Shown: positions 49,452 through 57,541, counted from the whole stretch's first letter. The stretch is DNA of 63,510 bases, filler included, from Licmophora abbreviata (GCA_900291995.1; 15 parts of 15 records of this genome joined end to end with filler, not necessarily neighbours in it); one strand, 5' to 3'. Made by a program: numbers and translations. The notes: generated by a model not told the origin, from the sequence alone.

Positions 49452-49991
49452 ATGCTTCGCCGCACCGTTCTTTTGGGGATTGGCCTTGGCGCCGGTTTGC
49501 TGGCTTTGCCTGCCTTGGCCGCACAGGAAGACTGGCGGTTCGAGTCGATAGATGGCGGCACGCTGTCGCTCCAACAGTGGCAGGGGCAACCCGTGCTGGT
49601 GGTGAACACCGCCTCGCGCTGTGGCTTCACACCGCAATATGACGGGCTGCAGGCGCTTTATGATCGGTATCGCGATCGTGGATTGGTCGTGCTGGCCGTA
49701 CCGTCGCAGGATTTCAAGCAAGAGCTGTCCAGCAACGAGGAAGTGGCCGAGTTCTGCGAGATCAATTTCGGGCTCGATCTGCCGATGACCACGATCACCC
49801 ATGTGCGCGGCCCGCAGGCGCATCCGTTCTACAAATGGGTGGCCACCACATCGGGGTTCGAGCCGGCGTGGAATTTCAACAAGATCCTGCTCGGCCCGGA
49901 TGGCTCGGTCGTCGAGACGTTCGGATCGGTGGTCAAACCGGACTCGGCGAAAATCACCAGCCGGATCGAAGCGCTTTTGTCCGGGGGATGA
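49452..49991 (+). CDS. Exported glutathione peroxidase family protein
   Basis: VVNTASRCGFTPQY and WNFNK; twin-Arg-like signal peptide. Confidence 0.9.
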   Translation: MLRRTVLLGIGLGAGLLALPALAAQEDWRFESIDGGTLSLQQWQGQPVLVVNTASRCGFTPQYDGLQALYDRYRDRGLVVLAVPSQDFKQELSSNEEVAEFCEINFGLDLPMTTITHVRGPQAHPFYKWVATTSGFEPAWNFNKILLGPDGSVVETFGSVVKPDSAKITSRIEALLSGG

Positions 49992-50061
49992 TCTGCCCGA
50001 TCGGATCGGGCTTTTTCGCCTTGACCTGATGCAGAGCCTGTCATAACTACCCCCTCGTTCT

Positions 50062-50138
50062 GGCGGAGTAGCTCAGTTGGTTAGAGCAGCGGAATCATAA
50101 TCCGCGTGTCGGGGGTTCAAGTCCCTCCTCCGCTACCA
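50062..50138 (+). tRNA. tRNA-Met (CAT)
   Basis: Cloverleaf GGCGGAG...CTCCGCT ACCA; anticodon arm GCGGA-ATCATAA-TCCGC; GTTCAAGTC T-loop; TTGACC promoter upstream. Confidence 0.95.
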
Positions 50139-50254
50139 AAAACCCCCTGAAAACAAAGACTTAAGATTTTGGTTGACGCATTTTACGCGTAGCGCACCTG
50201 TAGCGCACTTTTCCGTCGCGCAGCTGCGCTTTTGAGCGTAGAATCGACTGTGTT

Positions 50255-50331
50255 GAACACAGTGTTTGAAACACAGGTTTTGAACACAGTGTTTGGCAAC
50301 AACGTCACGAACACAGTATTTGGAAACACTG
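50255..50331. repeat. Array 1 of the AACACAGTGTTTG-like repeat, period about 13-14 bp
   Basis: AACACAG starts at 50256, 50270, 50283, 50310; AACACTG at 50325. Confidence 0.9.
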
Positions 50332-50346
50332 CCGCAACCCGAGGCC

Positions 50347-51918
50347 ATGCCCAAACTCAGCACCCAAACTGTGACACTGCTGGATGGCGATGTTCGCCTC
50401 TTCAAGCGTGACCGCAGCAGGGCATGGCAGGCAACCTTCAAAATTGATGGGCGTTGGGTGCGTGTTAGCACCAAGTGCAAGCAGCTGGCCGAGGCCAAGA
50501 CGCGGGCTCGCGAGCTTTATGTTGAATACCAAGTGCGCTTGAAGAACGGCCTGCCTGTGATCAGCAAGCGGTTTGCAGATGTAGCTGCCGTCACCATTGC
50601 TGAGATGGACAAGCAGGTGGATGCTGGTGCAGGCAAGAAGAGTTACCGCGATTACAAAATCGTACTTGAGAAGTATTTCATCCCCTACTTCGGGGATCGC
50701 TTTGTCACCAGCATCACTTACGAAGATCTGCAGCAGTTCGCCAAATGGCGTGAGCACAAAATGGGGCATGAACCTCGGGCTTCAACGCTGAACACCCATA
50801 ACTCAGCGCTGAACAGAGTGTTCGATGAAGCTGTGGCGCGGGGTTACATGAACCGTACCCATGTGCCTGTGCTGATCAACAAAGGCAGGGACAGCGAACG
50901 CAGACCGGATTTTCGACGTGAAGAATACCGCAAGATGATTGCTACATTGCCGACCTGGATCAACAAGGGGCGTGATGGCAAATCGCGCGATATGCGCCAT
51001 CTGCTGCGCGATTACATCCTGATCTTGGCAAACACAGGCATACGGCACGGAACAGAGGCGCAGAACCTACGCTGGAAGCACATCCATCTGTTTCAGGAGG
51101 ATGGGCTGGCCTACTTGGAAATGCACGTGAATGGCAAAACAGGGCCACGTGACCTGATGTGCCGGATTGGGGTGATCAATTATCTCAAGCGCATTCAATC
51201 CCGCTCGCCTGACATTGCGGATATGACGTTTGAAGAGCTGCTCAAAGCACAGGTGGACAAGCCCGTGTTCCGCTTGCCCGATGGCACTGTGACCAAAAAC
51301 CTGCGTCAGACTTTTCGGCTGCTGATGGAAGACACTGGGCTGCTGAAATGCCCGCGTACAGGTCAAAGCCGAACGCTGTACAGTTTCCGTCATACCTACG
51401 CGACCTTCGCACTGCTGAACGACGGTATGGACGTGCACACGCTGGCCATTCAGATGGGTACGTCGATCCAGATGATTGAGCGTCATTACAGCCATCTTAC
51501 ACCACGTCTGCGCAAGGACATGCTCACAGGCAAGCGGCATGATCTGCCAGCGGAAGAGTTTCGGCGAAAATACAATGTGCAGTCACATGCTGTGAAACAG
51601 AAAGATTTGGCGGATACTGATCCTGATGCAGTGATCGAACCTGACCTGCCGGAAGAGCCGGAGCCGGATGTTGACCCAGACCTTGACGATCAAGCACATG
51701 ATCAGCCGTTATCTGATCCCACGCCGCCACCAACACCCGCTGAGCGAGCGTTTGATCTGTTTGACGGGGGCAAGCTTGGGGAGGCGGGTCTTTTGGCGGC
51801 AGCTGGTGTGACACGTGACGGGTATGTGCCCAGCGAAGCCATCACGCACCGCGCACTGGACGCTGTAGAGCAAGGCAGGTTGAGCGAAGCTGCTCTGATC
51901 AAGCTGCTGGGGGTATAG
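50347..51918 (+). CDS. Tyrosine recombinase/integrase with acidic C-terminal extension
   Basis: TGIRHGTE (R), GKTG (K), YSFRHTYAT (xxRH), MGTS, HYSHL (Y). Confidence 0.92.
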   Translation: MPKLSTQTVTLLDGDVRLFKRDRSRAWQATFKIDGRWVRVSTKCKQLAEAKTRARELYVEYQVRLKNGLPVISKRFADVAAVTIAEMDKQVDAGAGKKSYRDYKIVLEKYFIPYFGDRFVTSITYEDLQQFAKWREHKMGHEPRASTLNTHNSALNRVFDEAVARGYMNRTHVPVLINKGRDSERRPDFRREEYRKMIATLPTWINKGRDGKSRDMRHLLRDYILILANTGIRHGTEAQNLRWKHIHLFQEDGLAYLEMHVNGKTGPRDLMCRIGVINYLKRIQSRSPDIADMTFEELLKAQVDKPVFRLPDGTVTKNLRQTFRLLMEDTGLLKCPRTGQSRTLYSFRHTYATFALLNDGMDVHTLAIQMGTSIQMIERHYSHLTPRLRKDMLTGKRHDLPAEEFRRKYNVQSHAVKQKDLADTDPDAVIEPDLPEEPEPDVDPDLDDQAHDQPLSDPTPPPTPAERAFDLFDGGKLGEAGLLAAAGVTRDGYVPSEAITHRALDAVEQGRLSEAALIKLLGV

Positions 51919-52015
51919 CCGGTTTCCTTATTGTTTTTACCAGTATGAGACGTCTGGTGACATAAGTTGGCTAATGAAGTTGCGGTTGCCGCCGAATTAT
52001 TTGTAAACTTCTCTC

Positions 52016-52258
52016 ATGATTACGCTTGTTCATCATCACGCAAAGCGGCCCAGCTTCTACCGTGTAGATGTGGGCTACAACCTGTTTGGTGAATATTCCG
52101 TGGTCAGGGAATGGGGCGGTAACGGGCGGAACGGCGTGCACCGCATTGCTTGGTTTTCCAATCTGCGTGATGCAGCACAAGCTGCTGATCGGTGGCACAT
52201 GAAGGCTTGTGCTAAGGGCTACGAACTTACAGATCGAGTGGTGGCCGGAACCGCGTAA
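52016..52258 (+). CDS. Stand-alone WGR-domain protein
   Basis: FY...NLFGEYSVVREWGG.G...K..KGY. Confidence 0.8.
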   Translation: MITLVHHHAKRPSFYRVDVGYNLFGEYSVVREWGGNGRNGVHRIAWFSNLRDAAQAADRWHMKACAKGYELTDRVVAGTA

Positions 52259-52271
52259 GGATTGCTGGCTG

Positions 52272-52838
52272 TCACAGCAATTCGACTGCCTCGCTCAGTT
52301 GCTCTGCGTTCACGTCGATGTAGCGCTGCGTGGTTGAGATATGACTGTGTCCCGCCAATTCCGCAAGCAACCGCACACCCACGCCCTTGTTCGCAAGCCG
52401 CGTGATGTAGGTGCGCCGACCGCTATGGCTGCTGGCGTCCTTGAGCCCCACAGCTTTGTAGATATCGAGAAATAGCTGGCACATGGTGTTGGCTGAGAAA
52501 TGCCCGCCCTTCTGGCTTTCGAACAGCGGTCTGTTTGGATCGCTCAAGTTCAAACCGGCAGCATAATCCGCCAATGCACGGCGTAGCCGTTGGTTGAGGT
52601 ATACAGTGCGTGTCTTACCGCCTTTGCTTTGCATAGCTGACAGGATGAATTGTTCACGCACAGCGCCCACTTCGTCGAACACGTCCCCGCGTTTCAGCGC
52701 GGCGATTTCTTTTGCCCTCAGCCCTGCGTAGAAGCTGAATAGGATGATGGTTTCGTCACGTGTCGGATGACGACGACTGCGGCAGTACTGTATAACCCTA
52801 CGCAGCTGAGCTTCGTTCAATGTCTGTGCTTGGCGCAT
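52272..52838 (-). CDS. Small catalytic-domain-only tyrosine recombinase
   Basis: AGLRAKEI, SKGG, SSHSGRRT, LAGH, TTQRY; 188 aa, no arm or core-binding domain. Confidence 0.9.
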   Translation of the reverse strand: MRQAQTLNEAQLRRVIQYCRSRRHPTRDETIILFSFYAGLRAKEIAALKRGDVFDEVGAVREQFILSAMQSKGGKTRTVYLNQRLRRALADYAAGLNLSDPNRPLFESQKGGHFSANTMCQLFLDIYKAVGLKDASSHSGRRTYITRLANKGVGVRLLAELAGHSHISTTQRYIDVNAEQLSEAVELL

Positions 52839-52877
52839 GGCGCGATCCCCCGAAAACCTAATCATTTGCTACAAACG

Positions 52878-52913
52878 ACTATAAAGTCTGAGGTTTTGGT
52901 TGGTCGACCGAAA
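52878..52913 (-). promoter_or_regulatory. Putative promoter TTTCGGTCGACC-N18-TATAGT for the small recombinase
   Basis: 13-bp core identical to 55334-55346, same spacing to a TAnnnT hexamer. Confidence 0.6.
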
Positions 52914-53034
52914 TTGGTGGAAATTGGTCATGCAATGAATTCAACGACTTAAGTCAAAACCTCATACAATGCGTGTTCTATGAGGTTTTGACAGCTGCCG
53001 CGCAGCACTTGGAAAAGCACGCGGCAGTTGATGT

Positions 53035-53274
53035 TTACAGTTTGCTGTGTGCGCCGTCGCAGAGCGGTTGCTTGCTGCTGTGCTTGCATCCACAGAAGAA
53101 GACCCGCTTGCTGGCATCTGCTGTGTATTTGACGGGTGCGATGCCGGTGTCTTTGTGGCTGCCGTCGCAGAATGGTTGTTTGCTGCTCTTACCGCAGGCG
53201 CACCAGAAGTAGCTTTTGCCCTCTTCGACTTCGACAGGGTAGGGCGCTTTCTGCGCGACAATAGGTGCGGTCAT
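53035..53274 (-). CDS. CDGSH iron-sulfur (NEET-type) protein with two CDGSH motifs
   Basis: WCACGKSSKQPFCDGSH and FCGCKHSSKQPLCDGAH. Confidence 0.92.
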   Translation of the reverse strand: MTAPIVAQKAPYPVEVEEGKSYFWCACGKSSKQPFCDGSHKDTGIAPVKYTADASKRVFFCGCKHSSKQPLCDGAHSKL

Positions 53275-54524
53275 GGGTTCTGTCCTCGTTTGTTTGAGTT
53301 GTTGTTCAAGAGGTAGAGTGTGCTCCGCTGTCTGCAACGCTCTCCTCCCAAATCGCGGAGACAGCGGAGCTGCACGACAACTGAGTTGCCGTGAATGCGC
53401 GGCAACGTGGCACAGGGCAACAAATTGACCAAGCAAAATGTTTTCTCGGCAAAACACTTGATAGATTGGGCCGATAAGCTTTCGTCCAACCGTTATGCTG
53501 CGGACGCAATGCTGCTCTGCAGCGTAGGCGCTTGCGGGTATGACACGTCATACCTATGTCGTCGCCAACGGCAGCTTCTCTCCTNNNNNNNNNNNNNNNN
53601 NNNNNNNNNNNNNNNNNNNNNNNNNNNNTTAATTAATTAANNNNNNNNNNNNNNNNNNNNNNNNNNNNNNNNNNNNNNNNNNNNTGGAGCTGCCGACACT
53701 TTCAAGGCGGCGCACATCTCCTCCCTTTGTGCGTCGCCTTTATTTTTGCCCAACACGTTCCACGCCGTTATTGCCCGTCTTTTGCTTAAGTTGATAAATA
53801 AACATGTAAGGCAAGACGCAACTCAAGGCATCGATACAGGCTACAAACGAGATTAAGGTTGGCACGCCGATGATAATAGTGCTGCAAATCCGTCCTGATG
53901 TGAGGGGGTGAGTAAATCCGAACTGCTCGTTGTTCGTCTTCTTCGCACTACCCTGCCATTGCGCGCAGGATGCCTGAAACGCAATCCCACTGGAGAGACA
54001 TCCTTTATCCTGAAAAATGGAAGAGATTTGACGTTTGCGAAGTCGTAATGGTTGGCCGGGAACGCTCGGCGAAAAGTGACACGGATGACAACCTCGTAAG
54101 AGATCTGTGATGACATGGGACAGCCTTGCTGTGTGGGTCCTATGTTTGCGTGGTAGCTGGTAATAGAGATGATCGCAAAACCTGCTCTTCCCTGAAAAAT
54201 GGGTTCAGTTACACAGCCTGATGCGCGACTGCAGATTGCAGCGATGCGCTTTTAGACCGACGCCCAAAGGGGCGTTGGTCTAATGGCTCAGTGCAGATGC
54301 CAAAAGAAAGTAATTCAAACAAAATCAATCACGTAATTCATTCGATGTGTTTGAGCTCTTCGAGTTGAAAACAAACAGCGGCGATTGAGCTGTGAGGCGC
54401 AGCGACAGCAAGCACGAACAGCAAGAGCAGCACACAGATGCAAAGCAGATGTGTTATAACTCCAAAAAAGATCGCCAATTAAGGCCAGACAAATGGCGAG
54501 ATGACCTATTCGAATGAGGTTATT

Positions 54525-54851
54525 TCAATATTCGTCGGCCAACATCACAGTTAAAACTCGAGCTGTGACAGCTGGATCGCTTGCGTCAGGTGAGTGCATC
54601 GTGAAGTCCAGATCGAAATAGTCAAACTTCCAGAATACGGTTTCTCCGCTATGGCGAAACGAGCCGAAGTCATGCTCGCCATAAGGGTCATTGTTTTTGG
54701 TGAATTCATCAAACAGCTGCACTGCACGCATCATAGCATCGATATCTGGCAATGCTTGTATTCCGGGGGTGATCATGACCCGACAGCCCGTGAAGGTCTG
54801 TCGAGCTTGATCGTTCAATTCACGAATACGGCGGGTTTGGTCCTCTGTCAT
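54525..54851 (-). CDS. DUF3768-like protein
   Basis: IRELND, NDPYGEHDFG, FWKFDY, RVLTVMLADEY. Confidence 0.8.
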   Translation of the reverse strand: MTEDQTRRIRELNDQARQTFTGCRVMITPGIQALPDIDAMMRAVQLFDEFTKNNDPYGEHDFGSFRHSGETVFWKFDYFDLDFTMHSPDASDPAVTARVLTVMLADEY

Positions 54852-55279
54852 TTTGCCGCTCGCTTGCGCTCAACTGCACGAGCGATAACTGCGTCCAGCT
54901 CGCCTGCTTGTGCCGCAGCGCGCAAGGCGTCCAGTACAGCGTCGACCTGTTCAAGCTTGCTGACGAACACGGCGTTGTTCTTGCCGTCCACCAGCAGCAC
55001 ACGCGCGCCATAGCGGCACTGCACATACCAACCGCCATCTTGTTCAAAAAACCAAGGTTTAACCTGCCGCTGTGTTTTCACCTGCACACGTTCGCCCTGG
55101 TCATTTGTCATCCATTTGGCGTGCTCTTTGGCGTAGGTTTCGCCTTCGAGCTTGGCGGTGAGCACCAGCTTTTGCTCGTTCAGTGCTGCCACCAGCTTGT
55201 TGCGCCGTTCATGTACGGGGTCTTTGGCGTCTCCTGCGCGTTCCACAGTCTTGAATGATAGCTTGCTCAGTTGGGTCAT
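54848..55279 (-). CDS. DUF6641-like protein, translationally coupled to DUF3768
   Basis: RRNKLVAALNEQ, PWFF, RYG, GELD; ATGA overlap with the next gene. Confidence 0.65.
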   Translation of the reverse strand: MTQLSKLSFKTVERAGDAKDPVHERRNKLVAALNEQKLVLTAKLEGETYAKEHAKWMTNDQGERVQVKTQRQVKPWFFEQDGGWYVQCRYGARVLLVDGKNNAVFVSKLEQVDAVLDALRAAAQAGELDAVIARAVERKRAAK

Positions 55280-55310
55280 CCGCTTGCTCCTGCATCTGCG
55301 TTACATCACA

Positions 55311-55346
55311 AGCGTATGGTCTCTCCAGTGGTGTGGTCGACCGAAA
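55311..55346 (-). promoter_or_regulatory. Putative promoter TTTCGGTCGACC-N18-TACGCT for the DUF6641-DUF3768 operon
   Basis: Same core and spacing as 52878-52913. Confidence 0.6.
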
Positions 55347-55396
55347 ATCATCACATTTTCAATGGCTTGAGGTTTTCTGGGGCTGGGTAGGGGATA

Positions 55397-55456
55397 AAAC
55401 ACAGTTTTTAAAACACAGTGTTTGGACAACAGTGTTTGACGCCAGTGTTTGAACAC
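55397..55456. repeat. Array 2 of the (AACA)CAGTGTTTG-like repeat, period about 13-14 bp
   Basis: AAACACAGTTTTT, AAACACAGTGTTTG, ACAACAGTGTTTG, ACGCCAGTGTTTG, AACAC. Confidence 0.9.
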
Positions 55457-55484
55457 CGCGCAGTGGCGCGTCAGCTCACAAGAA

Positions 55485-55512
55485 AAGGGGCAGACTGTGA
55501 AGCCTGCCCCTG
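55485..55512 (-). terminator. Intrinsic terminator after the AAA+ gene
   Basis: AGGGGCAG...CTGCCCCT stem followed by a T-run on the minus strand. Confidence 0.7.
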
Positions 55513-55517
55513 ATCGT

Positions 55518-55941
55518 TTATTTGCCAGTATGTGTTGGTACCACCGTCAAGCTGGGCTTAGGCGGCTGCGGTAGTAGACCTTGCCGCAATTGCTCGACCC
55601 CTTCCTCCAGCAGCGGCAGCATATCGCGTATGTCGCCGTTGAAGGTGCTCAGCAACACCCGCAAGTCTTGCGTGCTGACGGTAAAGCCTTCCTGCTGCAT
55701 AATTGCCTTCGCACGTGGCACACAATCCTGCAAGCTCGGCGGTGCTAGTTCTAGACGCTCAAACCTGCTTTGCAGCGCAGGCATGATTTTCTGCTTTACG
55801 CCCTGCACGCCCGGCTGTTCGTTCGTAGTTACTATCAATTTCACCGACTTGTGCTTTTCCATCCATGAACGAAATTTCGGCTGGTCTTGCTCCGCAATTT
55901 CATCGAACTCGTTAATCAACAGCACAGCCGCTCCACACGCC
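55518..55941 (-). CDS. Clamp-loader-clade AAA+ ATPase, C-terminal part
   Basis: VLINEFD (Walker B-like), IVTTN (sensor 1), ALQSRF (SRC-like Arg finger), GDIR (sensor 2). Confidence 0.7.
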
Positions 55942-56041
55942 NNNNNNNNNNNNNNNNNNNNNNNNNNNNNNNNNNNNNNNNNNNNTTAATTAATTAANNN
56001 NNNNNNNNNNNNNNNNNNNNNNNNNNNNNNNNNNNNNNNNN

Positions 56042-56252
56042 AGGTCAAGAGCAGCAGGTACCCGGTGACGACCGGCGGCAGGATTAGCGGCAGGTGCACC
56101 AGCCCGTTCAAGACCTGCTTGCCGGGAAAGGACCAGCGCGCCAGAGCATGCGCCACGAAGATGCCAAGCGGCAGCGATACCAGCGTCGCCCAGAACGACA
56201 CCCGCAGCGACAAGGCGACCGCCTCCCATTCCTGTGGGCCAAGCCACCCCAT
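56042..56252 (-). CDS. modB: Molybdate ABC transporter permease, partial
   Basis: LSLRVS...HLPLILPPVVTGYLLL; directly downstream of modA. Confidence 0.92.
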
Positions 56253-56264
56253 GATCAACGTCGC

Positions 56265-57050
56265 CTATGGGTCAAGGACTGTGAATCCTTGCTGCTCGAA
56301 GACCCGGCGTGCCTCAGGGCCGCGCAGGAAGTCCATGAAATCTGCCGGGGCCTGTGCCGCGCGACCGGCGATCCTGGCGGCGGGATAGATGATGGGTGGA
56401 TGGCTGTTTTCGGGAAAGACGCCCAGGATGACTACCGCTTCATCGGCTGCGGCATCGGTTGCATAGACGATCCCATAGGGCGCCTCGCCGGTGGCGATGA
56501 GGGCCAGAGCCGCGCGCACATTGTCGGTTTGCGCCACGTCTGCCGCCACGCTGTCCCACAAGCCCAGACTGCTTAGTGCCGCTTTGCCGTAGATCCCCGC
56601 CGGCACCGCCTCGATCAACGCCATGGCCAGTTTGCCGCCATCCAGAAGCGCCGCAAGATCAAGCTCGGGGCTGATCTGCCCGATGTCTGAAGGGGCCGCA
56701 ACCGATCCATGAGCGACAAGCACGATCCGGTTGCCCAGAAGATCCACCCTTGTGCCCGGTTCGATCAGCCCATCGGATTCCAGCGCGTCCATCCAATCGC
56801 TATTGGCCGATATGAACACATCCGCCGGGGCGCCTTGCTGTATTTGGCGTGCCAGTGCCGATGACCCCGCCAGTGACACGACAAGGTCATGCCCGGTGTC
56901 GGCCTCGAACCGCTTTTCGATCTCCTGCAGGGCATTGGTCATGCTGGCTGCTGCAAAGACCGTGACCCTGTCCGCCAGCGCCGCGCCGGGCAGCAGACTG
57001 ACCAGAACAGATACGGCAAGAAGCGTCTGGCGAAGGACTGGCGCGATCAT
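56265..57050 (-). CDS. modA: Molybdate ABC transporter substrate-binding protein
   Basis: VFAAAS, GSSALARQI, VPAGIYG, NVRAAL, VYATD. Confidence 0.95.
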   Translation of the reverse strand: MIAPVLRQTLLAVSVLVSLLPGAALADRVTVFAAASMTNALQEIEKRFEADTGHDLVVSLAGSSALARQIQQGAPADVFISANSDWMDALESDGLIEPGTRVDLLGNRIVLVAHGSVAAPSDIGQISPELDLAALLDGGKLAMALIEAVPAGIYGKAALSSLGLWDSVAADVAQTDNVRAALALIATGEAPYGIVYATDAAADEAVVILGVFPENSHPPIIYPAARIAGRAAQAPADFMDFLRGPEARRVFEQQGFTVLDP

Positions 57051-57068
57051 CAAGGACTTTCCCACATG

Positions 57069-57092
57069 CGATATATCCACATGGGAATATCG
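57069..57092. promoter_or_regulatory. ModE/Mop binding site (Mo-box)
   Basis: CGATATATC-N6-GGAATATCG resembles CGnTATATA-N6-TATATAnCG and lies just upstream of modA. Confidence 0.7.
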
Positions 57093-57116
57093 AATGCCCC
57101 ACCGGTCTGGCAAGCG

Positions 57117-57491
57117 TTATTTCTGTTCGGGAATATCGCGAAGCATGGCTTTCAGCCGGTCGATATGCGCGGCGCCGGCCTTTTCGGCCACCGCTTCGAG
57201 GCTTCGGAATTCGGTCAACACGGCCTGTCCCGCTTCTGTCAGAACCGCGCCACCGCCTTTGGCGCCGCCTCGGGTGCTTTCCACCAACGGTTCGCGGAAC
57301 ATCGCATTCATGGTCTCGACCAATTGCCATGCCCGCTTGTAGCTCATGCCCATGTCGCGCCCGGCGGCTGCGATGGACCCGGTGCGCGCGATCCCCTCCA
57401 GAAGATCGGCCTTGCCCGGCCCAAGCATCTCGCCGGGGGCAAAGACAAGGCGCAGGCGAAAGCGCGGATCATGGGGGCTGCCTTGGGTCAT
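57117..57491 (-). CDS. modE: ModE-like regulator, winged-helix domain only
   Basis: GPGKADLL...GSIAAAGRDMGMSYKRAW...GGGAVLT. Confidence 0.88.
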   Translation of the reverse strand: MTQGSPHDPRFRLRLVFAPGEMLGPGKADLLEGIARTGSIAAAGRDMGMSYKRAWQLVETMNAMFREPLVESTRGGAKGGGAVLTEAGQAVLTEFRSLEAVAEKAGAAHIDRLKAMLRDIPEQK

Positions 57492-57541
57492 GCCCCTGAC
57501 CTTGCGCTGAAATCCGGCCCGGCACAAGCCGCCCGAATGCC

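Larger units (their letters stand above)
50139..55941. mobile_element. Integrative element/genomic island at tRNA-Met, split by the 53585 spacer; right end not captured
   Basis: Integrase adjacent to the tRNA 3' end, visibly lower GC than the flanks, second recombinase, and repeat and promoter motifs shared across both contigs. Confidence 0.8.

Noticed and set aside
53853..54116. 87-aa ORF inside the island
   Set aside because: No recognisable motif; cannot be supported as a gene from sequence alone.
50255..55456. AACACAGTGTTTG arrays as CRISPR
   Set aside because: Units are 13-14 bp, contiguous, have no unique spacers, and no cas genes are present.
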